From an uncultured archaeon (GTDB lineage: Archaea; Thermoproteota; EX4484-205; JAAOZP01), in contig CALIBN010000002.1 of NCBI GenBank assembly GCA_938045545.1, positions 100,493 through 164,492 of the forward strand: DNA of 64,000 nucleotides, read 5' to 3'. Under the pieces are notes generated by a model, which saw only the letters and a program-made list of their open reading frames with translations, was not told the DNA's origin and did no database searches. How positions within the stretch are numbered: the first letter of the stretch is position 1; each line of letters begins with the position of its first letter. Both the position numbers and the translations under genes were made by a program. Of the stretch, positions 27,568 through 36,540 are shown piece by piece.

Positions 27568-28065
27568 CTAACGAAGCTTTTTAACCATCAGCAACCCTGA
27601 TGTTCCATCTAAATAATAGTGGGGAATCTCGCGGACAACATGATAGCCAAGCGCCTTGTAAAGCCTGATTGCCTTCTCGTTATTAACCCTCACCTCGAGG
27701 AAGCTCTCGTCGATAGAGTTGCGGATCATCTCATCCAGCACTGAGGTCATAAGGGTTTTCCCAATCCCTTTTCCGCGAAACTGCTTTTTAACAGCCAAGC
27801 TTACCACATGTCCCTTTCTCACTATAGTGAAGCCTCCTTCCGAGGGGAAGCCTGTTTCGATTCTGCACATCACGTATCCGACGACCTCCCCGGTTTTAGC
27901 AAGAACGGCCACTAGAAAGTAGTTTGGAAACCTTTCAAGCAGATCCATGAAGAAGGAAGGCGGATAGTTTTCAGGAAGCTCCAGTCTGTTTATCTCAATA
28001 ACGCTTGGAAGATGCTCCGGCTCCGCATGCTTAATGACCACCTCATCAGTCAAGGCGGTAACCAT
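27568..28065 (-). CDS. N-terminal acetyltransferase Ard1/RimI (NatA-like)
   Basis: LPENY, VVGYVMCRIE, GHVVSLAV, RGKGIG, LEVRVNN and YYLDG motifs. Confidence 0.9.
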   Translation of the reverse strand: MVTALTDEVVIKHAEPEHLPSVIEINRLELPENYPPSFFMDLLERFPNYFLVAVLAKTGEVVGYVMCRIETGFPSEGGFTIVRKGHVVSLAVKKQFRGKGIGKTLMTSVLDEMIRNSIDESFLEVRVNNEKAIRLYKALGYHVVREIPHYYLDGTSGLLMVKKLR

Positions 28066-28110
28066 TTTCCCGTTTTTCCGAGCACGCCTGCCTCTTTAAA
28101 ACTATTATGC

Positions 28111-29124
28111 TTACTCTTTAAGCGCGTTTTTAGGAGCCTCGAAACGTAAAACAGTGAAGGAGGCATTAGTGACAATACCTGTTTTCGAGCCCTTGGAGAG
28201 AAACAGACGGGAAGCCCTGTACGCATCGAGAAGAGCGTCGTGAGCCCTGCAGTCTAAGACGGTTCTAAGGAGAGGCTCGGGGATCGCTGAAACCACGTGA
28301 ACAGTCTTCCCGTTTAACAGGTTTCTGCAGAAACTGATGTACTTCGCTATTAGAGGCGAATCCGGCTCGGCATTATCACTAACCAAGTCTGGGGGTAAGC
28401 CTAGGCCTTTCAACCCTTCAATAGCAAGTATAATCCTGTCGCATTCCGCACCCTGCAGGCAATTCGGAATTATGCTCATCGCTCTGCTCAAAGACTCGTC
28501 GAAAGGGTTTCCGCCAGCCGATATCACGAGAACCTGGACGGGGGTTTGAGCCGACACCAAGCCAGGTTGAAGACTGTTTAAAGCCTCGTAGACCTCAACA
28601 GGGCTTCCTGAAACAACCTTGGGATCACCCGCCAGCGGAATAAGCGTAACGACTTTCAGGTCAAAATTTTCGCAAAGCCTGCTTAAATATGGTTTTAAAT
28701 CTATTTTCCCACCGGACTTGGCTGCTTCGAGAAACCCTGATGTAAACTCCTTCCAAAGCTCAGGGTAAAACGGGAAAAGATTCTCGCCTAAACCCCTAAA
28801 CCCGATTAAAGGATCCGGGTGTGGAAGGCTCGCAAGGCAGGCTGACCGCATGGAATCCTCTACGGTTGAAACAGGGCTTAACAAGTCGAAGCTTAACAAC
28901 TCTCTAAAGCCCCCTCCGATGCCCTGCTTTAAAACAGCGGGGAGCGTGGGGTCCACAAGTAGAGCAGCCCCATCCCTTACAGAGTCTTTCAGAATGTTCT
29001 TCAAAGATGAAAGCAGCATGGAGTAGTCGGAGACGAGTTCCCTGGACACGACCCAGGCTAAATCCTCAGGGTCAACCCTGATGCTTATGCTTGTCGACCC
29101 GTATGGCAACCATACTGCGGGCAA
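28111..29124 (-). CDS. Degenerate LarA (lactate racemase, DUF2088)-like protein
   Basis: WLPYG N-terminus, PHP..GFRG, VISAGGNPFD...A and C-terminal NAS segments; central domain shortened. Confidence 0.6.
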   Translation of the reverse strand: MPAVWLPYGSTSISIRVDPEDLAWVVSRELVSDYSMLLSSLKNILKDSVRDGAALLVDPTLPAVLKQGIGGGFRELLSFDLLSPVSTVEDSMRSACLASLPHPDPLIGFRGLGENLFPFYPELWKEFTSGFLEAAKSGGKIDLKPYLSRLCENFDLKVVTLIPLAGDPKVVSGSPVEVYEALNSLQPGLVSAQTPVQVLVISAGGNPFDESLSRAMSIIPNCLQGAECDRIILAIEGLKGLGLPPDLVSDNAEPDSPLIAKYISFCRNLLNGKTVHVVSAIPEPLLRTVLDCRAHDALLDAYRASRLFLSKGSKTGIVTNASFTVLRFEAPKNALKE

Positions 29125-29270
29125 CCCTGCTCACCCCCAGGCTTGGAGGCGGATAATGCATGCTTTTTAATAACTGTTTATGTTGAAAAACAGTGTTAAG
29201 ACACTTTGTCAAACATTTTCGACTTCTCTTGGAAAAAGTTAAATAGGATTAGTTGGATAATAAAGGGCGT

Positions 29271-29705
29271 ATGTTCAGCTGGGAGTCGGACTTTGAAGAA
29301 GCGGTGAAGACAGTAAATATTTACCGTAAAAAACTTCAAACTTTGAAAACAATGAGGGAAACAGGGAAAATATCTGATAAAACAGCCGATTTCCTGCAGA
29401 AAGAGTTTGAAAACTATGTGAAGGCGATTGAGGCTAAGAAGCAGACGGTTTTGGAGAAGCTTGAGAACAGGATGAAGGAGGTTCAGCAGCAGATAGATGT
29501 TATTGAGAAGCTGATAGCTAACAACGAGATCAGGTACTCAGCGCAGGAGATTGCTGAGGAAAGATATAACAAGATAGCTACTGCGCTGAACTACGCCATG
29601 GAGGAGAGCAGGAACGAGTATGAAAGCCTGAAGGAAGCGATGGCGATACTTGAGAAGCTGCCCGACCTTATGAGTCAAAGCGAAAGCGAGCCCTTGGAAA
29701 CCTAG
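29271..29705 (+). CDS. CdvA-like coiled-coil protein (no PRC barrel)
   Basis: W....RKKLQTLKTMRETGKISD...LENRMKEVQQQIDVIEK...Y.AQEIAEERY pattern of the CdvA helical domain. Confidence 0.7.
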   Translation: MFSWESDFEEAVKTVNIYRKKLQTLKTMRETGKISDKTADFLQKEFENYVKAIEAKKQTVLEKLENRMKEVQQQIDVIEKLIANNEIRYSAQEIAEERYNKIATALNYAMEESRNEYESLKEAMAILEKLPDLMSQSESEPLET

Positions 29706-30034
29706 GCAACTGCCCCGGATTCCTTGGATACTTTTTCAAGCCTTATTCCCCTGTCGAACACTAATTCGTATATTTGGTTTATCTGAGGGCTTCCAAGAGC
29801 CCTGTACTCGCTCTCTGTGAGATAGATGATCAGCCTGGGGCTTCCATGCCTCGGCATGAGCCCAGCTTGTTGGAGACTGCTTAAAACGCCCCTAACCATC
29901 TCCTGCGCGTACAGAACATCCTCTGAAGACTTATCGAAAACGCCCGAAGGGGCTATCGATGTGAAGTCCACTCTTACACCCGGCTCGCCCTCAACCTCAA
30001 CGCTGCCTATGAAAGTTACTTTAACCCTAACCAT
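29702..30034 (-). CDS. Arcadin-1 (crenactin 'arcade' component)
   Basis: RVKVTFI...VRVDF...helix...PRLIIYLTESEYRALG.PQINQIYELVF..GIRL resembles Pyrobaculum arcadin-1 (PRITLWLTEEE..FG, from recall); length 110 aa. Confidence 0.7.
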   Translation of the reverse strand: MVRVKVTFIGSVEVEGEPGVRVDFTSIAPSGVFDKSSEDVLYAQEMVRGVLSSLQQAGLMPRHGSPRLIIYLTESEYRALGSPQINQIYELVFDRGIRLEKVSKESGAVA

Positions 30035-30142
30035 CGTCTAAACATCTCCAAACCGCCTAATAAAGTTATTCTGAATTAGTGGTCAAGCATTTCCCATTTG
30101 GCAAAACGTTTTTAAGCACAATGGTGTGAGCAAGCCTTCCGA

Positions 30143-31462
30143 ATGCGAATGATTAGCGAAAAAGATTTTGAGAGAAACGAAGAGTACAGGAAGAGGGCTG
30201 TTGACATTCTCCTCAAACTCAGCAAGCAGAAGCACGACCCGTCTGCTTGGAGGATGCTGAAGGAAATACTCTACCCCCCCAGAAAGCTAGACGTCGATGT
30301 GATTATAGATGATACTACTCTTAGAGAGGGTCTTCAAATGGCTGGCTTGACAACACCGGCACCTGAGGATCTAGCTGAGATAGGTAGGCTGCTACACGAG
30401 ATAGGCGTTGAGAGGATAGAGGTCATGACATACACTCCGACCGATAGGGATGCGATCAGGATGATGATTGACAATGGACTCGGAGGGATTCTCGCAGGAT
30501 GGAGTAGGGCAGACAAGCATGATGTGGACGAGATTCTCAAGCTGGATTTAAAACAGATAGGGATAAGCCACCCCGTTTCATATTATCATTTCGCCAAATG
30601 GCCCGGCGAGCATGTCTACAATCTCGTCAGCAGGGTTGTCGAGACTGTCGAGTACGCGGTAGACCATGGGTTAAAGGTTTTCGTACACGGAGAGGATAGC
30701 ACGAGGGCAGACTGGGATTTCGAGAGGAAGTTTGTAAACGCTGTTGCAGAGGCGGGTGCAGAGGTTTACAGAATATGCGACACTGTGGGCGTAGGGTGCT
30801 CCCTCCCAGACCATTCTCTTCCAAACGGGATACCTGAGAAGATCAGGTCTCTGAAGAAGGAAACTAAAATTAAGAGTCTAGAGATTCATGCTCACGACGA
30901 CCTAGGAAACGCTGTGGAGAACACTATGGCCGCTATAAGGGCAGCCTCAGGACTCTATGAAAAGTTTTACGTTAGCACGACATTCCTAGGTATAGGGGAG
31001 AGGTCTGGAAATGCCGAGACTGAGAAAATAATACTAAACCTGTATATTCACCACGGTTTTTACAAGTGGAACCTGTCCCTTTTGAGGGAAACGGCGAACT
31101 TCATAGCTACAGCGCTAAACTACCATCTTCCGACGAACAAGGCGATAGTTGGAGACTCAGCGTTCGCCCACGAGTCAGGCATCCACCTGCAGGGAATAAG
31201 GATCGCGCCCGCGATATACGAGGTCTTCCCGCCGGAGCTAGTGGGGCAGACGAGGAAGATCATAATCGGGAGGAGAACCGGGAAGCACGGAATAGTTTTA
31301 AAGCTCAGGGAAATCATTAACCAGGATGTTGACGAAAACGATCCGAGGCTTAAGAAGCTGGTGGAGCTTGTGAGAAGCAGCCTTCTCCAGGTTGACAGAA
31401 AATACTATTTAACTGAAGAAGAGTTTAAAAAGCTCGCGGGTGAAGCAGGCTTCAGCGTTTAG
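30143..31462 (+). CDS. DRE-TIM acyltransferase (LeuA/HCS family), possibly Re-citrate synthase
   Basis: DTTLREGLQ, EDSTRAD, RICDTVG, HAHDD, GIGERSGN and HESGIH motifs. Confidence 0.85.
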   Translation: MRMISEKDFERNEEYRKRAVDILLKLSKQKHDPSAWRMLKEILYPPRKLDVDVIIDDTTLREGLQMAGLTTPAPEDLAEIGRLLHEIGVERIEVMTYTPTDRDAIRMMIDNGLGGILAGWSRADKHDVDEILKLDLKQIGISHPVSYYHFAKWPGEHVYNLVSRVVETVEYAVDHGLKVFVHGEDSTRADWDFERKFVNAVAEAGAEVYRICDTVGVGCSLPDHSLPNGIPEKIRSLKKETKIKSLEIHAHDDLGNAVENTMAAIRAASGLYEKFYVSTTFLGIGERSGNAETEKIILNLYIHHGFYKWNLSLLRETANFIATALNYHLPTNKAIVGDSAFAHESGIHLQGIRIAPAIYEVFPPELVGQTRKIIIGRRTGKHGIVLKLREIINQDVDENDPRLKKLVELVRSSLLQVDRKYYLTEEEFKKLAGEAGFSV

Positions 31463-33119
31463 AGTATTTCTCTAGGAAATGGGTTAAATCTATCTCGAAC
31501 CCAGCTGCAGGATTCTCTAAACCGTTCAACTCCAGCACCTCAGGATGAACCTCGCCAACAACCCCCAGCAGGCTACTGTTTAAAACGATTTTCGCAACCC
31601 TGCCTGGCGTGAACAAGGGATCCTCGCTTTTCTCGAACAAGGCTTTCTCAACACACAGGTTGTTCAGCAGGCTCATGACGACGGACTTAGCCTCTGAAAA
31701 CGAGGCTGAGGAGTGTGCCGACACTCCTGCCAACGAGACCCGTGTAACCACAGACCCTTCTTCAGAGACCCTTATAACTGGGCCTGTTTCAAAAATCCTC
31801 TGAGGATACTTCTCATGCTTGTTGGAAGAGAGATTCCTTATCAAGCCCGGGAGGAGGGAGTCCCTGAGCATTGTGAGCTCAACGCTGGAGGAGTTCGCCA
31901 GCCTAGCCCTCTCGGAAACAGGCCTCCTAACCATGCGGTAGTTCTGATCCTCGTTGGTAATCAGAAAGTTGAAAACCTCAGTATAGCCCAGCCCTATCAT
32001 GATTAGCCTAGCCTTGTCCTGAACCATCGTCTCAGGATGCTTCAAGCCTATAGTGGAAGCCCCAGGGTAAGTCGGGGTCAGCCTCCAAAGCCCGTACCCT
32101 ATGGCGACCTCTTCAACAAGGTCGACGTTATGCATTATGTCAACCCTGTAGGGTGGAATCCCCACTTTGAACACGCTTCCGTCGTTAACCACTGAGAATC
32201 TGCATTTCAAGAAGCTTCGGTAGATCTCAGCGTTACTAAGGTTCTCCCCGAGTAGAGAATTAATATAGCTCGCTTCAACACTCATAGTCTTAGGCGTGAA
32301 ATCCGGAAAAGTTTTCTCAGAGCCGTCGTCATAGATTATCTTCACTGCCTCGATGCTCCCGCCCATGTCTTTAAACACGTATAGAAGTATGTTCAGGGCC
32401 CTTGAAGCATAATACTCATCTAAGGCAGTTACGTCTATGAAGAGGTTTCTAGTCTCAGGGGTTAACCGGGTCAGTTCAGAGTTTATTATTGGCGGGAAGG
32501 ATAAGACTTCCCCGGTGGAATCAACTATCACAGGATACTTGTCAAACCCCTTGATAATATGGCCATACTCCAAACCTTTGTCAACCTCTTTCAAAACCTC
32601 GCCCAAAGTCATCCTCCTTTCCGTTCCAAGCGGCTTGAACGAAACCGCGTCTGGGTCTGCAGCCATATAATAGACCGGAGGCCTAATCTTATCCAAGTCA
32701 TGTATCCCGATTGAGACCTTACGCCTATTCCTGCCAACACCCTGGTGCAGGACCTCTTGAACATTAATCACCTCCTTCAAATCCTCCTCGGCTAGTTCAA
32801 TATTCCTCACGACCGCGGAGCATAGGACACCCCTGATCCCTCTGAGCCTGCTGTCAAAGTGAAAACTTATCGTGGGACTTGAGAAAAAGGCTTCCGGATA
32901 GCCAAGCCCGATTTCAAGGAAGCCGGCGTACGCCCTAGCTATGCCTGCGTGGCTCGAGAAATCCGGCCTGTTCGGATTATACTCTATTTTAACGAACCCT
33001 TCGCCAACATCCTCAATATCCGTCGCGAGCCACGGCAGGTCTTCGACTAGCTGCTTCAACTCAACGTCAATCCCCAGGAACCTGCTTAGCCTCTCAGGAT
33101 AAACCTCTATCACGGGCAT
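31452..33119 (-). CDS. pheT: Phenylalanyl-tRNA synthetase beta subunit
   Basis: NRPDF, GRNRRKVSIGIHD, SFPPIINS, PPYRVDIMHxVDLVEEV and GEVHPEVL motifs. Confidence 0.97.
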   Translation of the reverse strand: MPVIEVYPERLSRFLGIDVELKQLVEDLPWLATDIEDVGEGFVKIEYNPNRPDFSSHAGIARAYAGFLEIGLGYPEAFFSSPTISFHFDSRLRGIRGVLCSAVVRNIELAEEDLKEVINVQEVLHQGVGRNRRKVSIGIHDLDKIRPPVYYMAADPDAVSFKPLGTERRMTLGEVLKEVDKGLEYGHIIKGFDKYPVIVDSTGEVLSFPPIINSELTRLTPETRNLFIDVTALDEYYASRALNILLYVFKDMGGSIEAVKIIYDDGSEKTFPDFTPKTMSVEASYINSLLGENLSNAEIYRSFLKCRFSVVNDGSVFKVGIPPYRVDIMHNVDLVEEVAIGYGLWRLTPTYPGASTIGLKHPETMVQDKARLIMIGLGYTEVFNFLITNEDQNYRMVRRPVSERARLANSSSVELTMLRDSLLPGLIRNLSSNKHEKYPQRIFETGPVIRVSEEGSVVTRVSLAGVSAHSSASFSEAKSVVMSLLNNLCVEKALFEKSEDPLFTPGRVAKIVLNSSLLGVVGEVHPEVLELNGLENPAAGFEIDLTHFLEKYSKR

Positions 33120-34594
33120 AGCTTAACCCTCCTAAGCCAGCCTAAATCGTTCTGATACAGGACGCGGATGTCAGTAACGCCCAGTTTGAGCATCAGTAAA
33201 CGCTCCAACCCACCACCCCAGGCAAGAACAGGATGGTCAATTCCCAGAGGCTTGGTAACCTCAGGTCTGAAAACACCCATGCCACAGAGCTCAAGCCACC
33301 TGCCAGCCTGGGGAACGTAGACAACGGAATTCATAGAGGGCTCCGTATACGGGAAGTAGGAGGGCCAGAACTGAACTTTCTCCAACCCGAGTTTCTTATA
33401 GAATTCCGTCAAGACCCCTTTAAGATCCCTAAGCGTCACACGCCTATCCATTATTATGCCCTCTATCTGGTGGAACTCTGCAAGGCTTTTAAAGGAAACC
33501 CTCTCGTTTCTGAAAACTCTGTCAACGCTGAAAACCTTCACAGGCGGATCACGATGCTCATACAGGTATCTTACGGAGACGCATGTAGTATGTGTTCTTA
33601 ACACAAGCCTCTTCGCAGCCTCTTCAGACCATTCCCCACCCCAGCCGGTTGAACCCGTCTCCCAACCATCCTCGTGCGTCCTCCTCACTCTTTCAACAAG
33701 CTGCCTGTCTCCCAGCTCCGTGGAAGAAGGGTGTGAAAGATAGAAAGTATCCTGCATTTCCCTAGCAGGATGATCCTGAGGAGTGAAGAGAACGTCGAAG
33801 TTCCAGAAGCACGATTCGACAAGCGGGCCCTTTGCCTCTGTGAAACCCATCGCTGTAAAGATTTCCTTAACCTCTTTGATGAATTCTGTCAACGGGTGTA
33901 GTCTTCCAGGGTATACTGGCTCAACATCGGCGGTGACATCGTAGGGTTTAAGCTCAACGTTTCTCCACTCCCCGGTTCTCAGCAGCTCGGGAGTCAACTG
34001 GGTTACTGCAACCTTAAGCTCGACAAGCCTGCCGGCTTCAGTCAGAGAGACCAGTCTTTCAACCTTCTCCTCAACCCTGACTATCCCCCTGCCCGATAAG
34101 AGTTTAACAGCCTCCGTGTTCAGCAGGCTTATGTCCAATGGGCCTGACGCCAGCGTTCTGACAACTGCTTCGTCAACCCCTTCAGGAGGCTCTTTTTCCA
34201 CGACTATGTACGGAACACCGTTTACAGCCCTAATTGAGCCCCAGCCTTTTCTACGCAGCCAGCCGAGCGCTATCGTGAAAAAGGACCCGTCAGGATAAGC
34301 CTTGCGAGCCTCCTCCAGAGGCATTAGGCCTCCATTACCCAACACTAGTTTCACAAGCCTTCTCTCGGGAAGACCGTTTCTAGAATGGTATTCCCCCTCC
34401 CCGGTTAGCTTAGCAAACTTGGTCTCTCTAGTTGAAACGCTTATTAAGCCTTTCTGGGAGAGAGAGGAAACAGCGCTCGCTGCCGACGACTCATTCAAAC
34501 CCGTGAGCAGGCAGAGTTCGCTGAAGCCCATGGCTCTGCCGGTTCTCCTGAGAGCCTCCACAATATCTTTCTCAATCCTAGATTCCAAGCTCAC
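33110..34594 (-). CDS. pheS: Phenylalanyl-tRNA synthetase alpha subunit
   Basis: FWNFD, HPAREMQDTFY, LRTHTT, FRNE, EFHQ, FPYTEPS and AWGGGLERL motifs. Confidence 0.97.
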   Translation of the reverse strand: MSLESRIEKDIVEALRRTGRAMGFSELCLLTGLNESSAASAVSSLSQKGLISVSTRETKFAKLTGEGEYHSRNGLPERRLVKLVLGNGGLMPLEEARKAYPDGSFFTIALGWLRRKGWGSIRAVNGVPYIVVEKEPPEGVDEAVVRTLASGPLDISLLNTEAVKLLSGRGIVRVEEKVERLVSLTEAGRLVELKVAVTQLTPELLRTGEWRNVELKPYDVTADVEPVYPGRLHPLTEFIKEVKEIFTAMGFTEAKGPLVESCFWNFDVLFTPQDHPAREMQDTFYLSHPSSTELGDRQLVERVRRTHEDGWETGSTGWGGEWSEEAAKRLVLRTHTTCVSVRYLYEHRDPPVKVFSVDRVFRNERVSFKSLAEFHQIEGIIMDRRVTLRDLKGVLTEFYKKLGLEKVQFWPSYFPYTEPSMNSVVYVPQAGRWLELCGMGVFRPEVTKPLGIDHPVLAWGGGLERLLMLKLGVTDIRVLYQNDLGWLRRVKLCP

Positions 34595-34670
34595 TCTCCT
34601 ACACCTGTTGTTTAACGGGCGTGCAGGCGGTTTTTAAATTTGAAACCTTAATAATTCCCTTGGGAAAAAC

Positions 34671-36467
34671 ATGTTGATGAAGCCAGGATTTAAGCCTCCT
34701 GAGATCGTTGAGAAACTGGTTTCAGCAGCGCTTGGAAGGAGTAGGGCGAGCCTCGTCATCAGGAGAGGGGCTTTGGTGAACGTTTTCACGAGAGAGGTTG
34801 TTGAAAACACGGATATCGCCGTGGTTGACGACAGGATAGTGCTGGTAGGGAACGCGGAGCACACGATCGGGCCTGAGACGAAGATTATCGACGCTTACGG
34901 AAAATACTTGGCACCGGGATTCCTAGACGGGCATGTACACGTTGAGAGCTCTATGCTCACAGTGACCCAGTTTGCAAAAGCTGTCCTACCCCATGGGACG
35001 ACAACGGTCTTCATAGATCCTCATGAGGTTGCAAACGTGCTTGGAATAAAGGGGGTTAGAATGATGCATGACGAGGGACTAGGATTGCCTTTGAAAGTAT
35101 ACGTTTCAATCCCAAGCTGTGTGCCGGCGACAAGCCCAGAGTTTGAAACCGCTGGAGCCGAAATAGGTTTGAAGGAGATTGAGGAGGCATTTTCATGGAG
35201 GAACACCGTTGCGCTTGGCGAGGTTATGAATTACCCTGGAGTATTATCTTTAGACCCTAAGATTATAGGCGAGGTTAAGGTGGCTTTGAAAAGCAGCAGG
35301 ATTGTTGAAGGACATTTCTTCGGAAACCTTAACGAGGAGCTTAACGCTTACGTTGCAGCAGGAATATCCTCCGACCATGAGTCCGTGACGATGGAGGCTG
35401 GGCTTGCTAAACTAAGGCTAGGAATGCACGTAATGGTCAGGGAAGCATCCGCCTGGAGGGACCTGAAGGAGGTTATAAGAATGGTTACGGAGAGGAAGGT
35501 TGACGCGAGGAGGATCTGCCTGGTTAGCGACGACAGGGAGCCCAGCGACCTTTTAAACGAGGGGCATATCGACCATATTGTTAGAAGAGCGATCGAAGAA
35601 GGCGTAGACCCTGTTACCAGTATTCAAATGGCCACGTTGAACACTGCTGAACACTTTAAAGTCGACAGCGAGATAGGTGCCTTAGCCCCCGGGATGGTCG
35701 CAGACATACTGATCCTTAGCGATTTGAACAGGGTTCGCGTCGACACGGTGATAGCCAACGGCAGGGTTGTCGCGAAGAACAGCAGGCTGGTGGCGGAGAT
35801 ACCGGAATACCGGTATCCTGAAGAGGCTAGGAAAACAGTCAGGCTCGGCAGAAGGCTCTGCGGAAACGATTTTAAGATAAGGGTTGAAGCCAGTAAGGAG
35901 TTTTTCAAAGTCAGGGTTATCAAAGTTGTCGAGGCCAAGACTATTACTAGAAGCATGGTTACAGACTTGAGGCAGAGAAACGGTTTCCTAGAGGCGGATC
36001 CAGCCCAGGATATTGCCAAGGTCGCTGTTGTTGAAAGGCACAGGGCTTCAGGCAACATGGGGATAGGCTTCGTCAAGGGCTTCGGCTTTAAGAATGGCGC
36101 CGTAGCGTCTACAGTAGCCCATGACAGTCACAACATGCTTATAGTAGGGATGAATGATGGCGACATGGCTCTTGCAGGAAACACGCTGGCGGAGACAGGG
36201 GGAGGAATGATAGCCGTTGAAAAAAGCCAGATACTGGCTCTAGTGGAGCTTCCCGTAGCGGGCTTAATGTCGGATAGGCCTGTTCAAGAGGTTGCGGCGA
36301 AAGTTGAAAAGCTTTCAGAGGCTTGGAGGAGGCTGGGCTGCGTGATGACCCATCCATTCATGACGATGTCCCTGCTGGCCCTTCCAGTCCTTCCCGAACT
36401 CAGGATAACCGATAAAGGGCTTATCGATACGGTTAATTTTAAGAGAACAAGCCTTATAGTGGAATAA
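34671..36467 (+). CDS. ade: Adenine deaminase
   Basis: DGHVHVESS, DPHE, EVMNYPG, EGH, SDHE, SDD and STVAHDSHN motifs. Confidence 0.96.
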   Translation: MLMKPGFKPPEIVEKLVSAALGRSRASLVIRRGALVNVFTREVVENTDIAVVDDRIVLVGNAEHTIGPETKIIDAYGKYLAPGFLDGHVHVESSMLTVTQFAKAVLPHGTTTVFIDPHEVANVLGIKGVRMMHDEGLGLPLKVYVSIPSCVPATSPEFETAGAEIGLKEIEEAFSWRNTVALGEVMNYPGVLSLDPKIIGEVKVALKSSRIVEGHFFGNLNEELNAYVAAGISSDHESVTMEAGLAKLRLGMHVMVREASAWRDLKEVIRMVTERKVDARRICLVSDDREPSDLLNEGHIDHIVRRAIEEGVDPVTSIQMATLNTAEHFKVDSEIGALAPGMVADILILSDLNRVRVDTVIANGRVVAKNSRLVAEIPEYRYPEEARKTVRLGRRLCGNDFKIRVEASKEFFKVRVIKVVEAKTITRSMVTDLRQRNGFLEADPAQDIAKVAVVERHRASGNMGIGFVKGFGFKNGAVASTVAHDSHNMLIVGMNDGDMALAGNTLAETGGGMIAVEKSQILALVELPVAGLMSDRPVQEVAAKVEKLSEAWRRLGCVMTHPFMTMSLLALPVLPELRITDKGLIDTVNFKRTSLIVE

Positions 36468-36540
36468 CCATGTTTCCCGTCATTCTCGGCATACAGTAGC
36501 CTTAATAAACCCCTTAAAACGCTTGTCAAAACGTTAAACG

